From the NCBI RefSeq assembly GCF_039654945.1, contig NW_027361669.1, positions 20,894,001-20,958,000 on the forward strand: 64,000 bases of DNA, given 5' to 3'. The notes under the pieces are model-generated. The model worked only from the letters and a program-made list of their open reading frames with translations. It had not been told where the DNA came from and did not search any database. The DNA is from Dendrobates tinctorius (taxonomy: Eukaryota). The position numbers were made by a program, and so were the translations under genes. How positions within the stretch are numbered: the first letter of the stretch is position 1; every line of letters begins with the position of its first letter. Below, piece by piece: positions 39,701 through 51,153 of the stretch.

Positions 39701-40175
39701 CGTTGGTCCTTCTAAAATATGCATACAGAGAACTTTGGTTCCACCCAAGATGGGTAATTTTCCATGCTTGGGATGTGCGTGCTGCGGTAATATGCTCAAA
39801 GGGGATAGCTTTAATCATCCTCGCACTGGAAAAAAAATTTTGATTAAGGAAAGATATACATGCTCTTCGAGTTATGTGGTTTATTTAATTTCGTGCCCGT
39901 GTGGATTGATGTACAAAGGCGAGACTACCATGGAAATTAGGGCACGTATAAGTAAACATAAGAGTACTATTAGGACTAAACTTTTGGAGTTGCCAACATC
40001 GAAGCATTTTATTGAGTGCAGACACTCTGTTAATCAGCTAAGGTTCAGGGTGATAGATGGGGTCCCTGTATTGAGACGAGGGGGGATAGGGTTAAAATGT
40101 TGAAAAAGAAGGCGTTGAGATGGATATCCATTTTAGATACATTACAACCGAAAGGTCTAACTTTAGACTATAATT
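36754..40175 (+). pseudogene. Penelope-like RT and GIY-YIG coding region, frameshifted and interrupted by a solo LTR
   Basis: ORFs 36754-37734, 37674-38189, 38214-38492 and 39663-40103 carry consecutive RT and GIY-YIG motifs. Confidence 0.92.
38495..39662 (+). mobile_element. Solo LTR (1168 bp) with 5-bp TSD
   Basis: TGTCATG...CGTGACA ends; tgagg (38490-38494) / cgagg (39663-39667); TATAAAA near 38708. Confidence 0.88.
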
Positions 40176-41951
40176 TACAAATACATATACAAAGAGAAGA
40201 GGAGGGGGCCTAGCACTGATCCTTGAGGAACCCCAACAGTAAGGGGAAGATGAGAGGAGGAGAAGCCAGCAAAAGATACAGTAAAGGAGCTGTCAGAGAG
40301 ATAGGAGGAGAACCAGGAGAGAACGGTGTCCTTGAGGCCAATGGAACGGAGCATAGTGAGGCGGAGCTGATGCTCCACAGTGTTGAATGCTGCAGAGAGA
40401 TCCAAGAGAATTAGCATGGAGTAATGACCATTTGATTTAGCTGTTAGTAGATCATTAGAGACTTTAGTGAGGGCAGTTTCAGTAGAATGTAAAGAGCGGA
40501 AACCGGATTGGAGAGGGTCGAGAAGAGAGTTTTCTGAGAGACAGCGGATAAGACGGGAGTGGACCAGGCGTTCCAGAAGTTTAGAGATGAAGGGAAGATT
40601 AGAAACAGGTCTATAGTTAGCGGCACAGTTTTGGTCGAGGGATGGTTTTTTAGGTAGTGGATGTATGATGGCATGCTTAAATGAGGAGGGAGAGATATCA
40701 GAAGAGAGAGAGAGAGGTTAAATATTTCAGTTAGCTGAGGGGGTGACAGCAGGGGAAAGGGTCTGGAGTAGATGTGACGGAAATGGGTCGCTGGTGTAAG
40801 TGGTGGGGCAGGAAGATGCAAGGAGCCTGCTTACTTCTTCTTCTGTGACTGGTTCAAAGTCAGAGAGTGAGCTAGATGCAAGTGGGGGAGGGAGGACAGT
40901 GCATGGTATGAGATGACTGGGAGATAATCTCCTGTCGGATCTGGTCAATTTTTTCTTTGAAGTAATTGGCCAGATGGTCAGTTCGAAGCTCCGTGGTAGG
41001 GGCCTGTACTCTTGGGTTGAGTAGAGAATGAAAAGTGTCAAAGAGACATTTAGGGTTATTGGACAGTGAAGTGATGAGGCTTTTGAAATAGGTTTGTTTT
41101 GAGTAGAGTTGAGCGACTTTTGGTTTTTTAGGGTCGCGTTTCGTTTCGTGAAACCCGACTTTTCCAAAAGTCGGGTCGAGCAAGATCGTCCGATTATAGG
41201 GAAAAGTCGGGGTCGTCCCGAAACACGGAACCCAATGTAAGTCAATGGGGAATAAAAGTCAGCAGTGAGAGGAGGACAGGAAACACACCTACAGTGCCCA
41301 TTTGAATGCCAAAAGCATCAATTCTTCTTACTTAAGCTTGTCAACCTTAATTAACTTCATAATACAAGTTACGCACTGAAAAATGGGGGTTATTTGGCTA
41401 AAGTTGTGGGGGGGGGAGGGCTGGCTGCAGGTTTTCATGTGCCCTGGGCGAAAGAGCGCCCCTTTAACACATACCACAACTCATCATGCTCCGATACGGC
41501 AGATAAATAGCGGTATAGTACAATGAAAAATACCTCACTTTTTACATCTCATGACGAGGCCGATCTATTTCTCCATACAGAATCATTGGTCCCATATAAT
41601 GTTTGAAACAGTATATGATGAGCTCCACATAATGCTACAGTATATGTTGGTCCCCATGGATGAAGCTCCACTGTCTTATGGGCCCAAATAATGCTCCAAA
41701 CATAATGGGCCCCATTTCTAATGCTCTAGTGTATAATGGGCCCTGTAAATGCTGCTCCAGTGTCTGATGTCCACCTTTGGAATGTTCCAGTGTATGGTGG
41801 GCCCCATCTATCATTCTCCAGAGTATAGTGCTCCCCAAAAATTGCTGTCCCAACATTGAAAACAATCAAATAAGTCTCCTCGCTAGGGAATCCCTGTACT
41901 TGTCTGGACAGGTGCTGTAGCTTGCTTAACAGCTCGCCAGCCGTTCTCACG

Positions 41952-42460
41952 CCCAGTATGGATTGCACGTGATTGCACAAAGGTTAGAAAGGGTACCGTA
42001 TCCCTGGATAACATGTATGGATAGCGTACACATTCAAAATATATGTCTCAGGAGGCAGGCTCAGACGGTGTCAGGCCCAGTATGGATTGCACGTAATTGC
42101 ACAAAGGTTAGAAAGGGTACCGTATCCCTGGATAACATGTATGGATAGCGTACACATTCAAAATATATGTCTCAGGAGGCAGGCTCAGACGGTGTCAGGC
42201 CCAGTATGGATTGCACGTGATTGCACAAAGGTTAGAAAGGGTACCGTATCCCTGGATAACATGTATGGATAGCGTACACATTCAAAATATATGTCTCAGG
42301 AGGCAGGCTCAGACGGTGTCAGGCACAGTATGGATTGCACGTGATTGCACAAAGGTTAGAAAGGGTACCGTATCCCCGGATAACATGTATGGATAGCGTA
42401 CACATTCAAAATATATGTCTCAGGAGGCAGGCTCAGACGGTGTCAGGCACAGTATGGATT
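41952..42460 (+). repeat. 124-bp tandem repeat (~4 copies) downstream of the hAT transposase
   Basis: Near-identical units at 124-bp period. Confidence 0.93.
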
Positions 42461-42879
42461 TGACGGCCCAGATTACACAGCGGAGGAGCAGGGAGAGGTA
42501 AAGATTGCAAATGCTGGGGCCCTGCCCAAGCAAGGGGGGCCCACTCGTGGGCGTCGGTACTGGCACTGGGGCCCTCATAGTACAGCGGTGTGTCTGACGG
42601 CGGGTGTGCACCACCACCGTCAGAGACACTTGATTGCACTATGAGGGACCCTGTGCCAGTGCCCGCGCCCAAGAGTCGGCCTACCCACCTGTCCAGGGCA
42701 ACGGCACTCGCACGGTGTCGTGCGGTAGGTGGTGACCCCGGCCATGGGGGGGGAGGCAGCACAGTTAGGGAGTTTTAGAAAGTGGCATATGTTGATGTTG
42801 GACATTCAGCTGATGCAAAAGGCGAAATAGGTGAAGTACCAGGAAGAGGTGGACCAAAGCAAGCCATTTTTCTGTCACC

Positions 42880-45800
42880 CTATGTGTCATCAGGGGAAGG
42901 TGGGACAAAATCCTTGGAAACCCATGCGTGGTTCATTTTAATGAAGGTTAGATCATCCACATTTTGGGTTGACAGACGGGTCCTTTTTTCTGTCAGGATT
43001 GATCCAGCTGCACTGAAGACTCTTTCCGATAGCACACTTGCAGCTGGGCAAGCGAGCTCCTGTAAGGCATATTGGGCCAATTCAGGCCAGGTGTCCAGTT
43101 TAGCGGCCCAATAGTCAAAGGGGAATGACCTGTGTGGGAGAACATCGATATGGGAGGAAAAGTAGTTTGTAACCATAGTTGACAACTGCTGTCTCCTGTC
43201 ACTTTCCATCGATGCAGTATTACCAGTTGTGTGAGCGGTATTTGAAAAATCAGTCCACAACATTGTCATGAAACCCCTGTCTCCAACGCCACTTCTGCTG
43301 TGTGCACCACGAACACCTCTGCCAAGCTGCCCCCGGCCCGTACGGCTCGTGTGAGAACCATCACCGCTGCTGTGTGCTGGGAATGCCTCAAGCAACCGAT
43401 TTACCAGAGTTGCTTGTTTATTAGCCAATATTAGGTCAAGGTTCTCCTGTGGCATGATGTTTTGTAATTTGCCTTTATAGCGTGGATCCAGGATGCTGGC
43501 CAACCAGCAGTCGTCATCGTTCATCATTTTGGCAATGCGGGGGTCCCTTTTTAGGATCCGCAAGGCATAATCTGACATGTGGGCCAATGTTCCCGGTGTC
43601 AATGATGCACTGCGAGTGCTGGGTGGAGGAGCACTTTCTGGCAAATCCACATCCCTCCAGTCACGCACAAACCCTGTACCAGACCTTGCCACGCCAACAT
43701 TTTCACTTGCCCCACGAGATGCATCCTCCTCCCCTAAGTAATCATCCCCATCATCCTCCTCCTCTTCTTCCTCCACCTCGTCCAGGAGAGGTCCCTGAGC
43801 AGACAATGGCTGAATGTCATCAAGGATTCCCTCCTCCTCTTCCTCCTCATCAACATTGGCTGCAGACGCCTGCTCCTTAAGGTGCGTCAAAGTTTGCATG
43901 AGCAGACGCATAAGTGGGATGCTCATGCTTAGGATGGCGTCGTCTGCGCTTACCAGCTGTGTGCATTCCTCAAAACACTGAAGGACTTTACAAAGGTGTT
44001 TCAGCTTCGACCACTGCACGCCTGTCAACTCCATGTCTGCTCTCAAAGTGCCTGGCCGTGTATCCTCCCACAAATGCATTATGGCCTGCCTCTGCTCGCA
44101 CAGCCGCTCCACCATATGCAGGGTGGAGTTCCATCTTGTTGCAATGTCGATAATGAGGCGGTGGTTGGGAAGGTGGAGCAATCGCTGCAGCTTCTGCATA
44201 CGAACGGAGTGTACAGGCGACCGGCGGATGTGCGCGCACAGTCTTCGCACCTTCTGGAGCAGGGCTGTTAACTCCGGATAATTTTTGAGGAAGCACTGCA
44301 CCACCAGGTTCAAGGTGTGAGCCAAGCAAGGTATGTGGCTGAGTTTTGAAAGGGCTATGGCTGCCACAAAATTACGGCCGTTATCACTAACTACCTTGCC
44401 TGCCTCAAGATGTACACTGCCCAGCCATGACTCAGTTTGTCGCTTCAAGTACTCGGCCAGCACCTCGGCGGTGTGTCTGTCGCCCAAACACATCATCTGC
44501 AACACAGCCTGCTGACGCTTTCCACTAGCTGCTCGATAGGGGGACACATCGTGTGCAACAGTGGCAGCTGCAGATGGAGTGCTCGTACGACTGCGCTCTG
44601 TGGACGAGCTTTCGCTTCTGGAGAAGGAGGAGGAGGAGGGTCGAACGCCTACAGCCAACTGTTTCCTATACCGTGGGCTAGGCAGCACTGTCCCACCACC
44701 GCTGTCCCCTGTGGACCCTGCATCCACCACATTAACCCAGTGCGAAGTGATGGACACGTAACGGCCCTGGCCATGCCGACTGGACCATGCATCAGTTGTG
44801 AGGTGCACCTTTCCGCTCACTGACTGCTTGAGTGCATGGACAATGCGGTCTTTCACATGATGGTGGAGGGCTGGGATGGCTTTGCGAGAGAAGAAGTGGC
44901 GACTGGGTAGGTCATAGCGTGGTACTGCATAGGCCATGAGTTCGCGGAAAGCTGTGCTTTCCACCAACCGAAAGGGCATCATCTCAAACGAGATTAGTTT
45001 GGCAATGTGGGCGTTCAAACCCAGTGTACGCGGATGAGAGACTGAGTACTTTCTTGACCTACTCATAGTGTCTGGGAGGGTGAGCTGGACTTGAGAGCTG
45101 CATATGGTGGAAGTAGCGGTGGACAGGGCGGACTGAGAGAGGGTTGATGATGGTGATGGAGTTGGTGTTCTTTCTGATGGCCTAGAATCAGTCTTTCGTT
45201 GATATAACAGTGGGATTCCCTGACTGCTGTGGTCTTGCAACGACACCTCAACATTTGCTGCTGTGCTAACCGGTGGGCTTACAGTGGGGGAAACAATGTA
45301 GCGTTGCTGACTACCTTCGTTGTGATCAGTTGCACATGTGGCACTTGAGGTTTGGTGTTGTGTCCACGCTTGCAAGTGCATGCTGGTAAAATGTCTAAGC
45401 ATGCAACTGGTATTCAAATTTTTCAGATTTTTCCCTCGGCTAAAGGTCTTTGCGCACTTCTTACAGATAACCTTGGCCTGATCATGAGGATTTTGTTCAA
45501 AAAAGTGCCATACTGCACTCTTCCTACTTTGGCAGACATTTTGCGGCTTAGCACGCTGTGATCTTTTGACCCTCTGGACAAGCTGTCCAGCAACTCTTTT
45601 GATGTTTGGAACCTGTCTTTGGAGTGCTCCGGGCCTGCCAGATAACAGCTGTTGCGATGTCGATGTCTGCTGTGGATGCTCCTCATCTGAGCTATTGGAA
45701 GCAGCACCCTCTTCCCCCAATGGATGCCATTCTGGGTCAACAACTGGGTCATCCATCACCTCCTCTTCTATGTCATGTGCACCTTTCTCTGTGTCACCGT

Positions 45801-46413
45801 GTATGGTGGTATAGTGTGCGGGAAGGGGCACCTGAGTCTCATCAGGGTCAAAATCTGGCTCTGTACACTGCGAGGACAATGTAGTGCTCTGAGTGAATGT
45901 ACCAGCAGAATCATCCATCAGCGGCAGTTCATCAGTGCACTCCATGTCAGATTCATCTTGGCCTGGGTAATTCACCATTTCACTTGATAATCCAGGCATG
46001 GTATGTGAAAACAGCTCCATGGAGTAATCAGTAGTATGGCCTGCGTCATCCTTCAATCTTGGTTGGGGTGAAGGACACAAGGAAAGGTGTGGTTCATGAA
46101 CATGAGCCTCCAATGACGACTCAGTGCTTTTACTTTTTACAACTGAAGAAGAGGAGGCGATAGAGCTGGAGGCTGAGTCAGCAATGTAAGACAAAACTTT
46201 TTCCTGATGCTCTGCCTTTAAAAGCGGTTTGCCAACTCCTAGAAAACTAAGCGTTCGAGGCCTTATGTAGCCAGACGATGACTCAGGGTCAGCACCTCCT
46301 GCATTCGGTCCTATTTTGCTCTTGCCACTACCATCAGATCCACCACCAACACCATCATTACCAGCTGCCAACCCCCGCCCAATTCCACGGCCTCTTCCAC
46401 CAGCCTTCCTCAT
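42880..46413 (-). CDS. hAT transposase with BED zinc finger (ZBED-like), 1177 aa from the first ATG
   Basis: Uninterrupted ORF: VWHFF..CKKC..HFTSMH (BED), LTTDAW, VSDNG, PCLAH, TRWNS, ACPAASVLSERVFS (DDE triad and dimerisation domain). Confidence 0.93.
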   Translation of the reverse strand: MRKAGGRGRGIGRGLAAGNDGVGGGSDGSGKSKIGPNAGGADPESSSGYIRPRTLSFLGVGKPLLKAEHQEKVLSYIADSASSSIASSSSVVKSKSTESSLEAHVHEPHLSLCPSPQPRLKDDAGHTTDYSMELFSHTMPGLSSEMVNYPGQDESDMECTDELPLMDDSAGTFTQSTTLSSQCTEPDFDPDETQVPLPAHYTTIHGDTEKGAHDIEEEVMDDPVVDPEWHPLGEEGAASNSSDEEHPQQTSTSQQLLSGRPGALQRQVPNIKRVAGQLVQRVKRSQRAKPQNVCQSRKSAVWHFFEQNPHDQAKVICKKCAKTFSRGKNLKNLNTSCMLRHFTSMHLQAWTQHQTSSATCATDHNEGSQQRYIVSPTVSPPVSTAANVEVSLQDHSSQGIPLLYQRKTDSRPSERTPTPSPSSTLSQSALSTATSTICSSQVQLTLPDTMSRSRKYSVSHPRTLGLNAHIAKLISFEMMPFRLVESTAFRELMAYAVPRYDLPSRHFFSRKAIPALHHHVKDRIVHALKQSVSGKVHLTTDAWSSRHGQGRYVSITSHWVNVVDAGSTGDSGGGTVLPSPRYRKQLAVGVRPSSSSFSRSESSSTERSRTSTPSAAATVAHDVSPYRAASGKRQQAVLQMMCLGDRHTAEVLAEYLKRQTESWLGSVHLEAGKVVSDNGRNFVAAIALSKLSHIPCLAHTLNLVVQCFLKNYPELTALLQKVRRLCAHIRRSPVHSVRMQKLQRLLHLPNHRLIIDIATRWNSTLHMVERLCEQRQAIMHLWEDTRPGTLRADMELTGVQWSKLKHLCKVLQCFEECTQLVSADDAILSMSIPLMRLLMQTLTHLKEQASAANVDEEEEEEGILDDIQPLSAQGPLLDEVEEEEEEDDGDDYLGEEDASRGASENVGVARSGTGFVRDWRDVDLPESAPPPSTRSASLTPGTLAHMSDYALRILKRDPRIAKMMNDDDCWLASILDPRYKGKLQNIMPQENLDLILANKQATLVNRLLEAFPAHSSGDGSHTSRTGRGQLGRGVRGAHSRSGVGDRGFMTMLWTDFSNTAHTTGNTASMESDRRQQLSTMVTNYFSSHIDVLPHRSFPFDYWAAKLDTWPELAQYALQELACPAASVLSERVFSAAGSILTEKRTRLSTQNVDDLTFIKMNHAWVSKDFVPPSPDDT

Positions 46414-46479
46414 TTTGGTAGAAATGTAGACAAAATCCAACAAACTATATAGTAATGTAAAACAAGGTACAAGGTGTCT

Positions 46480-47960
46480 ATAGGACAGGGGAGATTTAGA
46501 ATTTCTGCACACACTTGTAGACAGTGGACACTTTTGGATTGTGTGAGGCCCACTGATATCTGAGCGCTATGTGACAGGCTCGATGGCACAGCTGCCTGTG
46601 ACCAAAGTGACGAGAGGATAATGGAGATTTTGAATCTCTGCGCACACTTTTGGACACTGGACACTTGTGGATTGTGTGAGGCCCACTGATATCTGAGCGC
46701 TATGTGACACGCTCGATGACACAGCTGCCTGTGACCAAAGTGACGAGAGGATAATGGAGATTTTGAATCTCTGCGCACACTTTTGGACACTGGACACTTG
46801 TGGATTGTGTGAGGCCCACTGATATCTGAGCGCTATGTGACAGGCTCGATGGCACAGCGCTGCCTGTGACAAAAGTGATGAGAGGATAATGGAGATTTTG
46901 AATCTCTGCGCACACTTTTGGACACTGGACACTTGTGGATTGTGTGAGGCCCACTGATATCTAAGCGCTATGTGACACGCTCGATGGCACAGCTGCCTGT
47001 GACCAAAGTGACGAGAGGATAATGGAGATTTTGAATCTCTGCGCACACTTTTGGACACTGGACACTTGTGGATTGTGTGAGGCCCACTGATATCTGAGCG
47101 CTATGTGACAGGCTCGATGGCACAGCTGCCTGTGACCAAAGTGACGAGAGGATAATGGAGATTTTGAATCTCCGCGCACACTTTTGGACACTGGACAGTT
47201 GTGGATTGTGTGAGGCCCACTGATATCTGAGCGCTATGTGACACGCTCGATGGCACAGCTGCCTGTGACCAAAGTGACGAGAGGATAATGGAGATTTTGA
47301 ATCTCTGCGCACACTTTTGGACACTGGACACTTGTGGATTGTGTGAGGCCCACTGATATCTGAGCGCTATGTGACATGCTCGATGGCACAGCTGCCTGTG
47401 ACCAAAGTGACGAGAGGATAATGGAGATTTTGAATCTCTGCGCACACTTTTGGACACTGGACACTTGTGGATTGTGTGAGGCCCACTGATATCTGAGCGC
47501 TATGTGACACGCTCGATGGCACAGCTGCCTGTGACCAAAGTGACGAGAGGATAATGGATATTTTGAATCTCTGCGCACACTTTTGGACACTGGACACTTG
47601 TGGATTGTGTGAGGCCCACTGATATCTGAGCGCTATGTGACAGGCTCGATGGCACAGCTGCCTGTGACCAAAGTGACGAGAGGATAATGGAGATTTTGAA
47701 TCTCTGCGCACACTTTTGGACACTGGACACTTGTGGATTGTGTGAGGCCCACTGATATCTGAGCGCTATGTGACACGCTCGATGGCACAGCTGCCTGTGC
47801 CCAAAGTGACGAGAGGATAATGGAGATTTTGAATCTGCGCACACTTTTGGACACTGGACACTTGTGGATTGTGTGAGGCCCACTGATATCTGAGCGCTAT
47901 GTGACAGGCTCGATGGCACAGCTGTGACAAAAGTGACTAGAGGATAAGGGAGATTGGATT
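46480..47960 (+). repeat. 133-bp tandem repeat (~11 copies) immediately upstream of the hAT start codon
   Basis: ctatgtgaca recurs at 46567, 46700, 46833, 46968 ... 47897. Confidence 0.95.
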
Positions 47961-50453
47961 GCTTTTAAAAAAGCAGTTTGCGGAGCAGTGGGTAAACAGC
48001 AATGCCAGCGTGTCAGGAAGCCTTAAAAGGCAGCCCAACAACCAACACCACTGATACACCACAATATAGCCTCCCCTTGCACTGCACACACAGTGACTTG
48101 TGTGTTGTGCAGGCCAAATCGCTAGCAGCAGAAGCAGTTTTTTTGTCTTCTTCCCTGCCTAACGCTCTCCCTACAGAATCAGCAGCAACCTCTCCCTATA
48201 CTAAGATCGGCAGAAGTAAGATGGCGGTCGGCGTGCACGCCCTTTTATACCCTGTGACGCCCACCAAAGCAAGCCAATCACTTGCATGCCCTTCTGAAAG
48301 ATGGTGGTGACCCGTGCCTAGGTCATCACGTTGCCCACAGTGTCCGTGGATCCTGATTGGCTGAAAAAGAGCGCAAAACAAACTTTTGAAACGCGACTTT
48401 GGCGCGTAAGTCGCCGACCTCGTGGCCGACCTCATCCTAGGGTCGGGTTTCGTTTCATGAAACCCGACTTTGCCAAAAGTCGGCGACTTTTGAATTTTTT
48501 CGACCCGTTTCGCTCAACTCTAGTTTTGAGAGGTGAAGGGCAGTGTTGTATGTTCAAAGCATAAACTTATAATGGATGAAATCTTCGGGTAGGTTGGATT
48601 TCCTCCACAGACGTTCGGCGCACCTGGAGCACCGCTGCAGGAAACGTGTTTGCAGGCTGTGCCAGGGTTTTCGCCATCTGTGTTGTGGTGTTCTATGAAT
48701 AGGAGGAGCAAATTCATCCAGGGCACTTTGAAGTGTTACATTGTAATGCTTCAATACAGAATCAGGACATGAAAGGGAGGAGATAGGGGCCAATGAAGAC
48801 TGCAATTTCTTCATAAGTTTCTGGGTGTTAATGGCCTGTATGTTTCTATAAATAAGGACAGTGGGGGTGACCTGAGCAGCCTGGCAGTTCTTGATAGAGA
48901 ATGAAAGAAGGTTGTGGTCAGAGAGCCGGAGAGGGGAGTTTGCAAAATCATCCACTGCACAAAGCCGAGAGAAGACCAAGTCGAGGGAGTTCCCGTCTTC
49001 ATGCGTTCGAGAATTAGTAAGATGCAAAAGGCCAAATGAGGAGGTTAGAGATAAAAGGTGAGTAGCAGATGGGGAGAGGGGAAGAGCAATGGGGATGTTG
49101 AAATCGCCCATGATGAGGGTAGGGATGTCACAGGAGAGAAAATGTGGAAGCCAAGTGGCAAAATGATCCAGGAACTGATGGGAGGGGCCGGGATGACGAT
49201 ATACCACTGCCACTCGCATGGGAAAGGGGGTGTAGAGTCTGATGGCATGGACCTCAAAAGAAGGAAAGACAAGTGAGGGTACTTGAGGGATAACCTGAAA
49301 GGTATGTGTTACCTAATTCCTCGTCTCATAACATTATCCTTGTTATGGAGTTTGTGTGGTTTTTAATGGTGTATTTTGGTTTTAATTTTTTATTTTTGTT
49401 TCTTGTTCTTTTTTTATAGGTTTCCTTTGGCGGTCGGAGGACACGGGGACTGAACAGTCCCAAATCATGAAGATTATGCGACATGTATTTTGTTGTCGGT
49501 TATTCCCCGTGCCCTCCTCCTACTATATATGTCTTTGTTTTTTTGTAATTTGTATTTGTTGCCAACATTAAATGTTTCTCTGTTGTATATAATGATCTGA
49601 TTATGGTGGTCTATTCTTTGGACTAGGAAGTTACCTTGGATGTGGTTGCTGAATATATGCGATGTGTGAATGGCTCCCTTTTTAGGAGTCTTCTTTATTT
49701 TCACATATAACATTGCTTTTCTAAAGAAATACAAGAACCCCCTTTTTTCTGGGTGAGCTCGTGCCCTGTTTTGCTGCACAGGTGCTGTGTTCGCGACGGG
49801 CGCTATGGATGATTTTGTCCCTCTGACGGTACTGCGAGTGCGTGGTGTTTCCGACTAGCGCATCATGTGATTGCGCCCTTTGGGTGACACTGCGCAAGCG
49901 CGGTGTTATGCGACGGGCGCGTCACGTGATCACGCAATGTCTGGGATATGGCGCATGCACGGTGGCCGCGCTGGGCGCGTCATGCCATTGCGTGGGGTAT
50001 GCGACCCAGCACCAGCGTGTGTCGTCACTTTGTTGACGACTTCAAAGGGAGGAGAGGGAAGTCTCCGACTCTTGTGCAGGATAAGTAAATAAGAACAATT
50101 GGTTACTGGGGCTGGCGCCTAGAATAATAAGGGTGTTGATTGGCAGTTATGATCATGTGGAGACATATTTGTACCGTTGTTTCTGATTGGCTATTGCTAT
50201 GGTTATTTGGATGCATGACATCGATTGGTGGGCTCTCTTGGGGATTCTGTGTTTACATATGGATTAACTTTATTACATATATATTAATGATGCAATGTTC
50301 GTTAAAATTTTCATGATATTGCGTTGATTTGTATGTATAAGTATCTGATGGATGTATTTCTATGTATTTATTGTAATTATATGTAATGGGTGTTACCGGA
50401 GTGGTGATTGGCTGGGCCACACCATAAAAGGTCACCATTTAAACTACATGTTG

Positions 50454-50490
50454 TACTTGAAAAAGGCCACAATATGGCCAAAACAGTGTA
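50454..50490 (+). ncRNA. Degenerate hammerhead-like motif (U3-A8 variant) at the 3' end of the Penelope element
   Basis: tac TTGAAAA a ggcc-acaatat-ggcc AAAA cagt gta; G12 lost, probably by CpG decay. Confidence 0.45.
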
Positions 50491-50559
50491 TTTTTTCACT
50501 GGCAGAATAAATCTTTGACATGATTTTTCACCTGGATGGGATGCTGCTCTCTTTCTTTT

Positions 50560-51153
50560 TACCTCACAGCCATCAGTCATTTCCTCCATTCTTCTGGGCG
50601 CCACCTCCTCAGCGTTCAGTTATTTACCCGGCGTGTGTGCTGTAATCTTGTTTCTTGGGCATGCGTAGTTAGCTCTGCCCATCCACTGACATCACATGAT
50701 GTCTTCCTTCTCGCGCCTGCGTGGACGCGTGGCCCGAGATCCCGCCCCGCAGTCTCTTCTGATTTATTCACACTGCAGGGCGGGATCTCGGACTGCGCTT
50801 CCATGCAGGCACGAGAAGGAAGACATCATGTGATGTCAGTGGACGGGCAGCGCTAACTGTGCATGCCCAAGAAACAAGATTACAGCGCAGGCGCCAGGTA
50901 AATAACTGAACGTTGAGGAGGCTACGCCCAGAAGAATGGAGGATATGACTGATGGCGGTGAGGCATCTGTGTCTGGGGGGAAAGACCTGCCCCCCCAGAC
51001 AAACTAGAGGTATGAGTGACAAATTATAAAAACGATTCTTTCAGTGGTGGAAGGGACCCCAACTAAAAGAGCCACCTTGACAGAATGCTGCATTAGTGCT
51101 GCACAAGGTGGCTCTTATAGTTAAAAATGCCTGGGGGGGGTGACAGGTTCCCT
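50560..51153. mobile_element. Palindromic TTAA-type (T2/Kolobok-like) MITE, left end missing
   Basis: ~190-bp inverted arms (50561-50750 vs 50777-50963); right end tgacaggttccct|TTAA. Confidence 0.7.

Larger units (their letters stand above)
41104..48522 (-). mobile_element. Apparently intact autonomous hAT transposon, 7419 bp
   Basis: TIR TAGAGTTGAGCG / CGCTCAACTCTA; perfect 8-bp TSD GTTTTGAG (41096-41103, 48523-48530); subterminal aaacccgactt motifs. Confidence 0.96.
40185..49302 (-). mobile_element. L2/CR1-clade LINE ORF2 fragment (APE endonuclease + RT) split by the hAT transposon
   Basis: 48554-49219 VYRHPG, MGDFNI, THEDGNSLDLVF, SDHNLL; 40175-41100 [27 protein letters not shown]; truncated at both ends. 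Confidence 0.9.
31545..50520 (+). mobile_element. Near full-length Penelope-like retroelement split by three insertions (segments ~31545-31694, 36090-38494, 39663-~40185, ~49302-50520)
   Basis: Frame rejoins across insertions: ..GAQTDMSFL|NKPTVDMLKKKYE.. and ..LLSYR|RGYNLKDKLV..; motifs KSADKGGAVV, LPKIHK, GRPIVS, FDVVSLYTSI, GTAMGS, RYIDD, VYLISCPCGLMYKGET. Confidence 0.88.

Noticed and set aside
43482-45987. Plus-strand and alternative-frame ORFs overlapping the hAT transposase
   Set aside because: Shadow ORFs of a GC-rich coding sequence with no recognisable motifs
42880-46413. Domesticated host ZBED gene
   Set aside because: Flanked by intact TIRs and a perfect TSD inside an L2 relic, so it is a transposon copy
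46414-46512. N-terminal 33 aa of the 1210-aa ORF call
   Set aside because: Starts at a non-ATG codon in a degenerate repeat unit; the first ATG is at 46413
46410-47919. Many overlapping ORFs in the 133-bp array (and 41963-42396 in the 124-bp array)
   Set aside because: Tandem-repeat artefacts with no domain
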